From an uncultured Syntrophaceae bacterium (GTDB lineage: Bacteria; Desulfobacterota; Syntrophia; Syntrophales; UBA2210), in contig CAYSHT010000002.1 in the NCBI GenBank assembly GCA_964430915.1, positions 1 to 43,240 of the forward strand: a stretch of DNA of 43,240 nucleotides, written 5' to 3'. Shown here one piece after another: positions 24,246 to 33,839 of this stretch. Each line of letters starts with the position of its first letter. Position 1 is the first letter of the stretch. Below the pieces are notes generated by a model. That model searched no databases. It saw only the letters and a program-made list of their open reading frames with translations, and was not told where the DNA came from. A program made the translations under genes and the position numbers.

Positions 24246-25082
24246 TCAGTTTTTCTTCCGCGATCTCGTTAATTTTTCCACCTCCCTGTCCATCACATAA
24301 TTGACCAGGGAGGGAACATACCTTTTTGCAAGATAGACAAACTTCCCCTCAAGCCCCGGGATTATCATAAATTTCCCTTTTTCCATTCCCTTTATCAGTG
24401 TCTCGGCCACCGTATAGGGACTCATGATCCCTGCATTTCCTGCTATTGCCTTCGTCTCGGGCGGTTTTGTCTTGTTTTCTTCATGGAGCTGAGGGGTATC
24501 CGTATCGGGGGGGCAGAGGACTGAAACCTTGATATTGTGAGGTCTCAATTCGCCCCTCAGAGCTTCCGAAAACCCGATGACGGCAAATTTCGAGGCACTG
24601 TATGCCGTATACCCGAAAACCCCGATCAATCCCGCAATCGATGAGATATTGACAATATATCCCTCCCGAGCCTCTTTCATAGAGGGGAGAAGGCAGGAGA
24701 CAACGTTTCTGATACCGTAGAGATTGACGGTCAGCATCTCATCAAATTTTTCATAGGAAATATCCTCAAAGTAGTTCGGATATGCCATGCCGGCACTGTT
24801 CACCAAAACACCGGGGGGGCCGAATTCCCTAATCGCCCGTTCCATGATAACGCTGACATCATCAATTTCCGATACGTCGACGGCCATGGAGGAAAACTTC
24901 TGGTCCTCTCTAACCCTCGATTGTTCAATTTCCTTCAGGGCACCATCGAGCCTCATCTCACCCCTGGCAAAGATGATGACATTGGCCCCTCTTTTTGAAA
25001 AGGCCTTTGCAGCCGCAAGGCCTATACCGCTTGAGCCGCCGGTAATATAGATGTTTTTGCCATCAAATTGTTCTCTTGTCAT
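24246..25082 (-). CDS. Classical short-chain dehydrogenase/reductase (3-ketoacyl / 3-dehydrosphinganine-reductase-like)
   Basis: The 278-aa ORF has ITGGSSGIGLAAAKAF, NSAG and YSASKFAV (YxxxK). Confidence 0.9.
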   Translation of the reverse strand: MTREQFDGKNIYITGGSSGIGLAAAKAFSKRGANVIIFARGEMRLDGALKEIEQSRVREDQKFSSMAVDVSEIDDVSVIMERAIREFGPPGVLVNSAGMAYPNYFEDISYEKFDEMLTVNLYGIRNVVSCLLPSMKEAREGYIVNISSIAGLIGVFGYTAYSASKFAVIGFSEALRGELRPHNIKVSVLCPPDTDTPQLHEENKTKPPETKAIAGNAGIMSPYTVAETLIKGMEKGKFMIIPGLEGKFVYLAKRYVPSLVNYVMDREVEKLTRSRKKN

Positions 25083-25109
25083 AACGCCTCTCCCTTCGGG
25101 GAAAAACTG

Positions 25110-26228
25110 TCACAGATCCAGCGGTGCGGTCATATCATCCCCTTCAAAGAACCTGACTCCACCCTCTTTCAGTCTTCCCAGAAACTCATCGGGATCTGGG
25201 ATAATCTCCGGGCCCATAACCCCCTTTGCATCTATTTTATCTTCGCCTATCATCTGGATTGCGATCGATGCGGGGAGCCCCGTAAGAATATCCATATGCG
25301 CAACGGCTCCATAGGCCCTGTGCACCCATTTCCCACCTTTCTTGCCCGTCACATCGACTCTCCCCGCAGATGCCGTCTCAACATGCCTGTCAAGTTTTTC
25401 AAAGTAGGGAAGGAGGGGATTCATTATGCCGCCCAGGATATCCTTTCCACGGTCGGAGGTAGTGAGGTGAAGGCCGGCAACGGCCTTACCGAGGATATTG
25501 AAATAGTGTTCAACCAGTCCCCCTTTCAGCGTCACGCTGCGCGCATTTATGACACGCGGGATTGTCACCGGTTCGGGATGACCGACATGGAATACATTCA
25601 CAACGCCAACCGGCTCGGGGAACCGTATCTTTTCCCACCCAGAACCGGCAGGGATCATCACCCTTCGCCCCCCCTGAAATGACGGCACTGTCCCGGCAAA
25701 GATATGCATCGTATGAAGTGTGACGGCCTTCCCCACCGTATCGGATGCGTGCGCCCCCCATGAAACGGCAATATCTTCCACCTCATCAATCTCATCGGCC
25801 GCCTTTTTTGCGAGGACATTGGTAATACCGGGTGTCCATCCGACACCCGTTATCATGGTAATCCCTGCCTCCTTTGCCTCTCCGTCAAGTTTCAGGATCG
25901 CATCGGCAGCATCGTAGTCATCACAGATACTGACATAATTGACCCGTGCCTCGATACAGGCCTTCGCCACCTTCTCTTCATATTTGTAAAATGGTCCTAT
26001 GGTCCCCAGTGCAACATCATTCCCCCCTGCAATGGCAACCATGTTTCTGTGATCGTTTGCATCAACCCTTACGGCACTGCATTTCTCTCCAAGTTCGCGA
26101 GCAAGCGCCGAGGCCTCTTCCAGGTTATAATCGGCGATGATAATCTCGCTTACAATCTCTCTCGATGCGAGGTCTTTTACCGCCAGTCTTCCCATGGCTC
26201 CCGCCCCACCAAATGCTACTACCTTCAT
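25110..26228 (-). CDS. Saccharopine-dehydrogenase-family NAD(P)-binding protein
   Basis: The 372-aa ORF starts with the Rossmann motif MKVVAFGGAGAMGR, followed by VNYVSICDD, TGVGWTPGITN and a C-terminal Sacchrp_dh-like domain. Confidence 0.8.
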   Translation of the reverse strand: MKVVAFGGAGAMGRLAVKDLASREIVSEIIIADYNLEEASALARELGEKCSAVRVDANDHRNMVAIAGGNDVALGTIGPFYKYEEKVAKACIEARVNYVSICDDYDAADAILKLDGEAKEAGITMITGVGWTPGITNVLAKKAADEIDEVEDIAVSWGAHASDTVGKAVTLHTMHIFAGTVPSFQGGRRVMIPAGSGWEKIRFPEPVGVVNVFHVGHPEPVTIPRVINARSVTLKGGLVEHYFNILGKAVAGLHLTTSDRGKDILGGIMNPLLPYFEKLDRHVETASAGRVDVTGKKGGKWVHRAYGAVAHMDILTGLPASIAIQMIGEDKIDAKGVMGPEIIPDPDEFLGRLKEGGVRFFEGDDMTAPLDL

Positions 26229-26258
26229 GGCAATCCCCCCTTCTTTTCATATATTTTT

Positions 26259-27464
26259 TCAGACAATGATCCCCTCGTCATTGAGTCTTTCTATATCCTC
26301 CTTTGCATAACCGAGCCACTCTTCGAGTATATAACGGTTGTGCTCACCCAGCTCTGGTGCGGGCATTCTGATCTCGCCTTCTGTCTTTGAAAATTTGTAG
26401 GGAATGCCGGGCACATCTATTTCGCCGAATCTTTTATGGACGATCTTTTTAAACATCCCCCTCTCGCGGAGATTTTCATCGCTGTTCACCTCATCCACCG
26501 TATATGCCACGCCGCAGGGGATCTTCTTTGCCTCCAGGATTTGAACGATTTCTTTTGAGGTACGTTTCGATGTCCAGTCTTCGATGAATGCGACGGCCTC
26601 CTCGTGATTATGAATCCGGGCAACGACATCGGAAAACCTCGGGTCCGACACCAGGTCGGGATGCCCCGAGGTTATGGTCAACTCCTTCCACTGTCTCTCG
26701 GTTAACGCCACAATTGCGACCTTCCCGTCGCTCGATTTGAAGAAACCGTAAAAGGGCATTCTATCTTCCGAGTTCAGTACATCATCGGGCCTTCTCCCGA
26801 GGGTCTCTTCCACGGTCTTCATTATCGGTTCCATTGCCCTGTTTATCATCGCACGGTAATTGTTGAAGTAGAGGACGTCCTGCATCGACATGTCGACATA
26901 CTGTCCCTCCCCGGTCTTCATCAGGTGGACAAGGGCCATAAGGGCGGCAATTGCACCATAGGCACCGCTCATCATGTCACCCCAGTAGTTTGCGGGAGTT
27001 CTCAGGGTTTCCATATCATTCCAGAACTGCCCCGATGTGGCCTGGGCAACAATATCAAAGGCACCCCGTTCGGGATTGACACCCTCCGCACCGAAGCCCG
27101 ATATGGAAACATAGATTATATTCTCTTTCAGTTTTTTGAGGTCATCATAGCCGAGACCGAACCTCTCGAGGGTTCCCGGCATGAGATTATGGACAAAGAT
27201 ATCGGATGTCGCGGCAAGCCGTCTTAAGATCTCCTGACCTTCCGGCTTCCGCCAGTTAACGGCAATGCCGAATTTATTACGGTTAAAGACCGAGTAGTTT
27301 CTTTCCGCGCCTGCTATGAGTCTGAATATCAGACGAAGGGTATCGCCAAAGGGCGGTTCTACCTTTACCACCTCAGCGCCCATATCGGCGAGTATCTGGG
27401 TACATCGGGAGCCCGATATGAATTGGGTAAGATCAACAACCTTTATCCCTTCAAGAACCTGCAT
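26259..27464 (-). CDS. Family III (CaiB/BaiF/Frc-type) CoA transferase
   Basis: The start is placed at the ATG at 27464, which follows aaaaAAGGAGGtcagaat. The product reads LEGIKVVDLTQFISGSRCTQILADMGAEVVKVEPP, then FRLN..KFGIAVN and a catalytic Asp region (GAFDIV). Confidence 0.9.
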   Translation of the reverse strand: MQVLEGIKVVDLTQFISGSRCTQILADMGAEVVKVEPPFGDTLRLIFRLIAGAERNYSVFNRNKFGIAVNWRKPEGQEILRRLAATSDIFVHNLMPGTLERFGLGYDDLKKLKENIIYVSISGFGAEGVNPERGAFDIVAQATSGQFWNDMETLRTPANYWGDMMSGAYGAIAALMALVHLMKTGEGQYVDMSMQDVLYFNNYRAMINRAMEPIMKTVEETLGRRPDDVLNSEDRMPFYGFFKSSDGKVAIVALTERQWKELTITSGHPDLVSDPRFSDVVARIHNHEEAVAFIEDWTSKRTSKEIVQILEAKKIPCGVAYTVDEVNSDENLRERGMFKKIVHKRFGEIDVPGIPYKFSKTEGEIRMPAPELGEHNRYILEEWLGYAKEDIERLNDEGIIV

Positions 27465-27530
27465 ATTCTGACCTCCTTTTTTCGACGCCAAGGAATCCAT
27501 AATAAGACTATGTGTTGTATTTCTATACCG

Positions 27531-28883
27531 TTAAAACATGCATTTGGCGGGCACAAGATGTCTCTCCGGCCTAATATTCACCCCCCGTTTTTCAAGTATT
27601 TCTCTTACATCTTTTCCTTCAAGTCGCCGCGGACTCACATCTTTTTTTATTGAAAGCGCAGCAGCCGTTCCGGCAGCCTCCCCCGTACTCATACAGGTAC
27701 CGCTTATTCGTAATGCCGACTGGGCAATTCTGTCGGAGGAAATACATCTGCCTGCCACAAGGAGATTTTCAATCTTGAGAGGAACGAGACATCGATAGGG
27801 TATATCAAAAGGGTTATGATTGTCGTATCGCCCGACCTCCGTGTCATCAATGGGATGCACATCGATCATGTAGCGACAGGACGTTATCGCGTCGTCGAAC
27901 TGTTTTCCATTCACCGCATCATCCTCGGTAAGCATATACTCTCCGATGATGCGTCTCGTTTCCCTTATATAAATATGGGTTCCCGTGGTAGCCACGTATG
28001 CCGACTCAAAATAGGGGTGTCTCCTCAGGACCTCTACTGCCTCCATAATTTGCTCTCTCAGTGTGATGTGGGCCTGACTCAGGTCCTCGGCCCTGGTACC
28101 ATCAACATTTTTGACATGGGCAAGATTGACCAGTAACCTCCCTGGTGTCACCGGGATGGGAACCAGAAAACCCACATCATAGGGAGGAGTATATTCGATC
28201 CCCTCTTTTTTCGCTATTTCGGTCATCAGCGGTCCGATGAGATAAATTCCTCCGACTTCGATAGTCGGAAGGTCCTTGAGAGCACCTTCGTTATGCAAAT
28301 GAAAAAGCAGAGACACCGACGGCATTAAACCGTCTTTTTCTCTCCCCTTTTTATAGGGTGCGCCGGACGCCGCCGCCACGTCACCGTCGCCAGTGCAGTC
28401 AATCACCCGCTTCGCAAGAACGGCCTGTCGTCCTGATTTATTCTCTATGATGACGCCTCGAAGGTCATTATTCTCAACAATTGGCCTCACGAAGAGCGTG
28501 TGAAGAAGAATGCTGACTCCGGCTTTCGACAACATTTCCAGCGCAACATATTTAAAACATTCTACGTCAAATGAATTGGCCATTGAAAAATCAAATTCGA
28601 TATTCGCGGCGTCCTCTTTGATATATCCACCTGCTTCTGACATCCTGTCCAGAAATTCCTGGAGAAGTCCCCCCTTACCCATTATTTCAGGGAGGGGGTT
28701 GACGAGATAGGATGTCGCTGTTCCACCGAGAAAACCCTCCTGCTCTATGAGTAACGTCTCGGCACCGCTTCTTCCTGCAGCAAGAGCAGCAAAAAGGCCC
28801 GACGTACCTCCTCCACAGATCAGAACATCAACATCGGCGATGACCGTTGTCTCCCGCGCCTCTTCATGGATCGTTTTATTCAT
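27531..28883 (-). CDS. FAD-dependent oxidoreductase (FAD_oxidored / GIDA-like family)
   Basis: The start is placed at the ATG at 28883, which follows AAGGAGAG. The product has a dinucleotide-binding DVLICGGGTSGLFAALAAGRSGAETLLIE motif and a C-terminal GTCMSTGEAAG. Confidence 0.8.
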   Translation of the reverse strand: MNKTIHEEARETTVIADVDVLICGGGTSGLFAALAAGRSGAETLLIEQEGFLGGTATSYLVNPLPEIMGKGGLLQEFLDRMSEAGGYIKEDAANIEFDFSMANSFDVECFKYVALEMLSKAGVSILLHTLFVRPIVENNDLRGVIIENKSGRQAVLAKRVIDCTGDGDVAAASGAPYKKGREKDGLMPSVSLLFHLHNEGALKDLPTIEVGGIYLIGPLMTEIAKKEGIEYTPPYDVGFLVPIPVTPGRLLVNLAHVKNVDGTRAEDLSQAHITLREQIMEAVEVLRRHPYFESAYVATTGTHIYIRETRRIIGEYMLTEDDAVNGKQFDDAITSCRYMIDVHPIDDTEVGRYDNHNPFDIPYRCLVPLKIENLLVAGRCISSDRIAQSALRISGTCMSTGEAAGTAAALSIKKDVSPRRLEGKDVREILEKRGVNIRPERHLVPAKCMF

Positions 28884-28909
28884 CTTCTCGTCTCTCCTTA
28901 TAAGCAACG

Positions 28910-29830
28910 TTAACCCTTTATGGCTGCCCCTTCGGGGTTGGGTTTAGGGGCAAAGTAGGTGTTTTTAAGACGGTAAAATAATCGCATGCAAAACATCATC
29001 TGTCTCCTGACCGGGTAGATGCTTTTGGGGAAGAAGGTAACCTTGTTCAATTTCTCAAAGCCCTCTATCATGGTGTCTGCATCCCACGTGACGATGTTTC
29101 CTTCCTGATCGAAGTCCCAGGTATTATATCTGTCCGCCAATTTTTCCGATCGAAAGGTCACCTCGAAATAGAGCGGACCGGAAAGGACAAGGGGTTTCAT
29201 GTCAGAGACATGACGCACCGCTTCCGTAGCCGCCGCACGTAATTTCCCCCTCCCCTCCGAGAGGTATTCGATACTCTGAGATCCGGAGGTGTACGTCTCT
29301 TCACGTTTATCCACTACCACCGATTTTGCCCAGGGAAGGGCCGAAAGGGCCTGGCTCACTGCAATATCTTCCCCTGAAACGAGGCCTATGGGAACGCCGA
29401 ATTCACCCAGGTATGCACCATAGATATCCATCTCGCAGACGGGTTTACCGTTTATCCTGACCTCGGAGAAAATTCCATAATGGGTGTGGGGGAAAAAGGC
29501 GTCGGCCGTCCCCGATGCGGCATGAATCGCCACAAAAAGTATGAGATCATAGTTTTGTACATCTCCAAAAAAGGTGGGTTTGATGAAATGTCCCCCCACG
29601 TAACTGGCACGCCGGTCAAGCCTGTCAATCAGACAGTTGAATCCTGATTCATGGATGTCCTTCACCGTGACCCGTTTTGCCCCACCGTCAAAGGCACCAT
29701 GTATCACGTGGTTGACATCATCGGTCAGGCAACTTCTCCCATATTGCCATTCCCCGGTCCCCATTCGACACTGACGCATGCGCCAGATGCCGAAACTCCC
29801 CTCAATGTCGGCAAACACCGCAACGTGCAT
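28910..29830 (-). CDS. Peptidase M55 (DppA D-aminopeptidase)-like protein
   Basis: The 306-aa ORF has an N-terminal VFADIEG (compare DppA SVDMEGI), VKDIHESG, AIHAASGT and CEMD. These align by eye with the DppA metal ligands. Confidence 0.7.
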   Translation of the reverse strand: MHVAVFADIEGSFGIWRMRQCRMGTGEWQYGRSCLTDDVNHVIHGAFDGGAKRVTVKDIHESGFNCLIDRLDRRASYVGGHFIKPTFFGDVQNYDLILFVAIHAASGTADAFFPHTHYGIFSEVRINGKPVCEMDIYGAYLGEFGVPIGLVSGEDIAVSQALSALPWAKSVVVDKREETYTSGSQSIEYLSEGRGKLRAAATEAVRHVSDMKPLVLSGPLYFEVTFRSEKLADRYNTWDFDQEGNIVTWDADTMIEGFEKLNKVTFFPKSIYPVRRQMMFCMRLFYRLKNTYFAPKPNPEGAAIKG

Positions 29831-29984
29831 TCCAGTTCTACCCCCCCAGATTTTAACCGGTGACCAAATCCACTCTCAGTTTCAGCTTTACCACTGCTTT
29901 ACGGCAACTGTTCGTGATTGTACAGGATTTAAATCCCTGTTGTCAAACGGGGGGAGATCCCGTACTATGTCAGAAATTTTTTAT

Positions 29985-30013
29985 TTGAACGGAATCACGG
30001 CACAGTGTATACT
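29985..30013 (+). promoter_or_regulatory. Sigma-70-like promoter candidate for the acyl-CoA ligase gene
   Basis: TTGAAC (29985-29990), a 17-nt spacer, then TATACT (30008-30013). It lies about 145 nt upstream of the ATG at 30160. Confidence 0.35.
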
Positions 30014-30159
30014 ACTTGACATTCCGTTTTTTTCATCACGACAATCGCCTGTTCTTTATAAACACTTAAAACATCTCACCTGCCTGTAAAAAATTAACAC
30101 TTTTTGGCCTTCTCATCGATTATGAGATCATTATGGGGGAAATAAAAAAGGAGGAACGT

Positions 30160-31956
30160 ATGATGAGCGTGAAGGTAATGGAGCCCAAGTTTAAGAAAGG
30201 TGAAGAATTCTACGATGAAGAATTCCAGAGTTTTTATGAAAGGCTGGAATACCCTAAGAAATGGATCGACGAGGGGAAGAATTACGCCCCGGGCGATTCC
30301 TATGTAATGTCCCATCCAAGCTGGTATTGGGAGGTCCTGCCGGACATACCGGCTATCTCAATATACGCCCTCTTTAAAGAAACCGTAAAGAAACATCCCG
30401 ATGACACGGCAGTCGTCTTTTTCGATAAGGCAATCACCTATAAAGACTTAGATCTGCTGATCGGAAAGTACGCAGCCCTCCTGAAGGACCTGGGTGTCAA
30501 AAAGGGGGATGTCGTGGCGGCGATGCTTCCCAACTCTCTCCAGCACTGGGTGGCCTTTTACGGCGCCACAAAGATAGGTGCGATCCACACGCCTCTCAAT
30601 GTGATGTATCAGGATGACGAGGTACGGTATCAGATAGAGGACTCGGGGGCAAAGGTGATTCTCATTCTCAACCTCCTCCATTCAAAGGTAAAACCGCTTC
30701 AGGACGACAAGACTCTCTCGCACGTCATTACCACTGATATCAAGGATTTTGCCGCCGATGAGCCCACGATTCCAAAGGCCGTAAAACCTCTCTGGGATAT
30801 TCCCAAGATGACTATTGAGGAAACGCTCGATCTTTTTGAATCTCTCGAGAAATACGAACCCTTTGATGAAGAGGTCATCTGCAATCCGAAGGAGGATACG
30901 GCCCTCCTTCTCTATACCGCGGGAACGACGGGTCGTTCCAAGGGAGTCATAGAGACCCACTTCAATCTCGTCTATAATTCCATCAACCATCTCCATGCCG
31001 CACGGATCTTCAAAGACAAAATAGTAAACTATTCGATTATGCCGATGTTCCATACGGCGGGCTATTTTCTTTTTACCCTGCCAACCCTCTATTCCGGTGG
31101 CACCGTCGTCGCTATTCCGATGTTCGACCTCGAGGAGGCATTCAGGGTAATTGAAACCTATAAGGTGAATGTCCTTTTTGCCCCGCCCACCCTTTTTATT
31201 GCATTAATGGCAAGCAAGGATCTTCTTGAACAACATGACCTCGGCAGCCTGAAGCTTACGATCGGCTGCGGTGCGCCCGTACCGGTGGCCGTTCAGCATG
31301 AGTGGCACTCCCTCGCCGGGATAAGTCTGACAAACGGGTGGGGCATGACGGAGACAAACAGCGGAGGCGCCATATCCATACCCGAGAGAAAAGAGAAACT
31401 CGACTCTATCGGGATACCGGTCTACTGCGAGGCAAAAATTGTCGACGAAAACGGGGGTATCGTTCCGAGGAATAAAGAAGGAGAGCTCTACTACCGGGGG
31501 CTTCAGGTAGCGAAAGGTTACTGGAACAAACCGGAAGAAACGGAAGCCGCATTTGGAAAAGACGGCTGGTTCAAAACCGGTGACAGGGGTTTCATTGATG
31601 AAGAGGACTTCATACACTTTGTCGACAGGATGAAGGACCTGATTATCGCATCGGGATACAATCTGGCACCCGTGGAAGTGGAAAATGCCATTTACGAACA
31701 CCCGGCAGTCGCAGAGGTCGCCGTTATAGGAATTCCCCATGAATACAGGGGGGAAACGGTAAAGGCCTTTATCACCCTGAAAGAAGACCAGAAAGGCAAG
31801 GTAACGGAAGAGAAAATAATTGCCTTCTGCAAGGAAAAACTTGCCACATTTAAAGTGCCGCGTGAAGTGGAGTTCAGAGACATCCTCCCGAAGAGTGCTG
31901 TCGGAAAGATATTGAGAAGGGTTCTGAAAGAAGAGGAAGAGGCAAAAGCTAAATAG
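30160..31956 (+). CDS. AMP-forming acyl-CoA synthetase (long/medium-chain fatty-acid-CoA ligase-like)
   Basis: The start is placed at the ATG at 30160, which follows aaaaAAGGAGGaacgt. The product has the AMP-binding motif LLYTAGTTGRSKGV, plus GWGMTE, TGDRG and the C-terminal PKSAVGKILRR. Confidence 0.9.
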   Translation: MMSVKVMEPKFKKGEEFYDEEFQSFYERLEYPKKWIDEGKNYAPGDSYVMSHPSWYWEVLPDIPAISIYALFKETVKKHPDDTAVVFFDKAITYKDLDLLIGKYAALLKDLGVKKGDVVAAMLPNSLQHWVAFYGATKIGAIHTPLNVMYQDDEVRYQIEDSGAKVILILNLLHSKVKPLQDDKTLSHVITTDIKDFAADEPTIPKAVKPLWDIPKMTIEETLDLFESLEKYEPFDEEVICNPKEDTALLLYTAGTTGRSKGVIETHFNLVYNSINHLHAARIFKDKIVNYSIMPMFHTAGYFLFTLPTLYSGGTVVAIPMFDLEEAFRVIETYKVNVLFAPPTLFIALMASKDLLEQHDLGSLKLTIGCGAPVPVAVQHEWHSLAGISLTNGWGMTETNSGGAISIPERKEKLDSIGIPVYCEAKIVDENGGIVPRNKEGELYYRGLQVAKGYWNKPEETEAAFGKDGWFKTGDRGFIDEEDFIHFVDRMKDLIIASGYNLAPVEVENAIYEHPAVAEVAVIGIPHEYRGETVKAFITLKEDQKGKVTEEKIIAFCKEKLATFKVPREVEFRDILPKSAVGKILRRVLKEEEEAKAK

Positions 31957-31965
31957 GAACCAGTC

Positions 31966-32015
31966 AAAACCCCGGCTCAGATATCTTAAAGATTGTATCT
32001 GAACCGGGGGGTTTT
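31966..32015. terminator. Bidirectional Rho-independent terminator between convergent acyl-CoA ligase and ACAD genes
   Basis: aaaa precedes ccccggctcagata (31970-31983), a 12-nt loop and tatctgaaccgggg (31996-32009), then gg and tttt. The stem pairs at 13 of 14 positions, and an A-tract and a T-tract flank it. Confidence 0.65.
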
Positions 32016-32031
32016 AAATGAAACACTCCCT

Positions 32032-33162
32032 TTATCTCAGATAATGGGCGATTATCAGTTTCTGCACTTCCGTCGTTCCCGCACCGATCGGGAAGACCTT
32101 GGCATCTCTCATATATCGTTCCACGGGATATTCCTTCATATACCCGTAGCCCCCGTGAATATGCACGGCTTCACCCGTTACCCTTACCGCCATCTCGCAG
32201 GCATACATCTTTGCCTGAGCGGCGAGCATCCTGGCCTCTCTGAAATTGCCTTCATCCCAGCAGGTTAATCCCTTATAGGTAATGAGTCGCGCCGCTTCGA
32301 GTTCAACAAGCATGGTCGCCAGTTTATCCTGGATCATCTGAAAATTGAAAATCGGCTGGCCAAACTGCTCACGCTCTTTCGTGTATTTCAGTGAGGCTTC
32401 GAAGGCCGCCTGTGCGATACCGATGGCAAGACAGCTCCACATAAATCGCTCCACATCGAGACCCGAAAACATCTGTTTCAGCCCCTGCCCCTCAACACCG
32501 CCCAGGAGGTTCTCCTCCGGCACGCGACACTCTTCCATGACAATCTCCCCCGTCGGCGAAGAGCGGAGACCCATCTTCGAGAGTTTTCTTCCCACCGAAT
32601 ATCCGGGGAAATCCTTCTCGACGATAAAGGTGCATAATCCTCCCGATCCCTGCGCATAGATTATGGCGATATCTGCAATCGGCGCATTGGATATGAATGT
32701 CTTGGTTCCGTTTAATATATACTCGCTTCCCTCCTTACGGGCTACTGTCTTGAGCGACATGGCATCGGACCCGGCACCCGGTTCCGTCAATCCCATACAC
32801 CCCCTTCTTGCCCCGGTTGCGAGAGGCTCAAGGTATCTCTTTTTCTGATCCTCCGTACCGTTTCGGGCTATATTGTTTGCACAGAGAAGTCCGTGCGCCC
32901 CATAGACAGTCGCGACTCCCGCGTCAACCCTTCCCAGTTCTTCTCCCATAATTCCGAAGGAAAGGTAGTCGGTCAGCATGCCACCATATTCCTGATGTAT
33001 CCCCATACCGAGAAACCCCAGAGGTTTCGCCTTCTCCCAGAGTTCCTCTACAAACATTTCCTCTCGGTCCATCTCTTCAACAAGTGGTGCGATCTCTTTC
33101 TCGCTGAACTTCCGTACCGTTTCCCTCAACATTCTCTGCTCGTCGCTCAATTTGAAATCCAT
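32032..33162 (-). CDS. Acyl-CoA dehydrogenase
   Basis: The 376-aa ORF has GCMGLTEPGAGSD, KTFISNA and a C-terminal YMKEYPVERYMRDAKVFPIGAGTTEVQ, all canonical ACAD motifs. Confidence 0.9.
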   Translation of the reverse strand: MDFKLSDEQRMLRETVRKFSEKEIAPLVEEMDREEMFVEELWEKAKPLGFLGMGIHQEYGGMLTDYLSFGIMGEELGRVDAGVATVYGAHGLLCANNIARNGTEDQKKRYLEPLATGARRGCMGLTEPGAGSDAMSLKTVARKEGSEYILNGTKTFISNAPIADIAIIYAQGSGGLCTFIVEKDFPGYSVGRKLSKMGLRSSPTGEIVMEECRVPEENLLGGVEGQGLKQMFSGLDVERFMWSCLAIGIAQAAFEASLKYTKEREQFGQPIFNFQMIQDKLATMLVELEAARLITYKGLTCWDEGNFREARMLAAQAKMYACEMAVRVTGEAVHIHGGYGYMKEYPVERYMRDAKVFPIGAGTTEVQKLIIAHYLR

Positions 33163-33200
33163 ACTGAAAAACCCTCCTTTGTTATCTGCAGCTGCAGTTG

Positions 33201-33839
33201 TTAATCACCTTCGCTCTCCGAATCGGCCAGGACAAGAAGCTCATCGGGCACGTCAAAAACAAAATCTGCCGCTGCCTTCTCGATCCTCTCTCTCGGATGC
33301 CATCCCCAGGTCACCCCCACAGTTTTGACCCCCGCCATCTTCGCTTCTTTCATATCACCCAGTGTATCGCCGATAAAATAGGTGTCATCCCTGCTGAAAT
33401 TCCACTTTTCCACAGCGTAGTTGATTTTATCGATCTTGCTGAACATAAAATCGGCACCGAGTATCTCTTTGAAATACTGATCAAATCTATATTTAGAAAT
33501 AATTGTTTTTATGGCAGCGAGAGAGTTCGAAGAGATAATAACGAGAATATTTTCATTCCCGAGCTTCTCGAGCACGGGAATGAGGTCAAAAAAGGGAACG
33601 GCTCTGTTATAATCGACCTGAGGAATGAGATGTTCAACTGCCCTGTTAAAGGCCCCCACATCGATACCCTTCTGACGCATTGCCTCATAAAAGTTATCAT
33701 CAAAAAGGCTGAGAAAATCTTCGCGGTCTTTTATTATCGGTTTTCCTATCTCCTCCAGACAGCGTCTTGCTATTTCTTCATATAATTCCAGCGAATCAAC
33801 GATAACGCCATCAAAGTCAAAAAGGAGCAGTTTTTTCAT
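33201..33839 (-). CDS. HAD-superfamily hydrolase (phosphoglycolate-phosphatase-like, subfamily IA)
   Basis: The 212-aa ORF has motif I LLFDFDGVIVDS, motif II ISSNS, and motifs III/IV K...FIGDTLGD. Its ATG abuts the mtnA stop codon. Confidence 0.85.
   Translation of the reverse strand: MKKLLLFDFDGVIVDSLELYEEIARRCLEEIGKPIIKDREDFLSLFDDNFYEAMRQKGIDVGAFNRAVEHLIPQVDYNRAVPFFDLIPVLEKLGNENILVIISSNSLAAIKTIISKYRFDQYFKEILGADFMFSKIDKINYAVEKWNFSRDDTYFIGDTLGDMKEAKMAGVKTVGVTWGWHPRERIEKAAADFVFDVPDELLVLADSESEGD

Noticed and set aside
24246-25082. A bacterial sphingolipid/ceramide pathway, because the SDR resembles 3-ketosphinganine reductase and an NAD epimerase-like protein recalls CerR.
   Set aside because: No serine palmitoyltransferase (PLP alpha-oxoamine synthase), ceramide synthase or ACP gene is present in the window. 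SDR similarity alone is not diagnostic.
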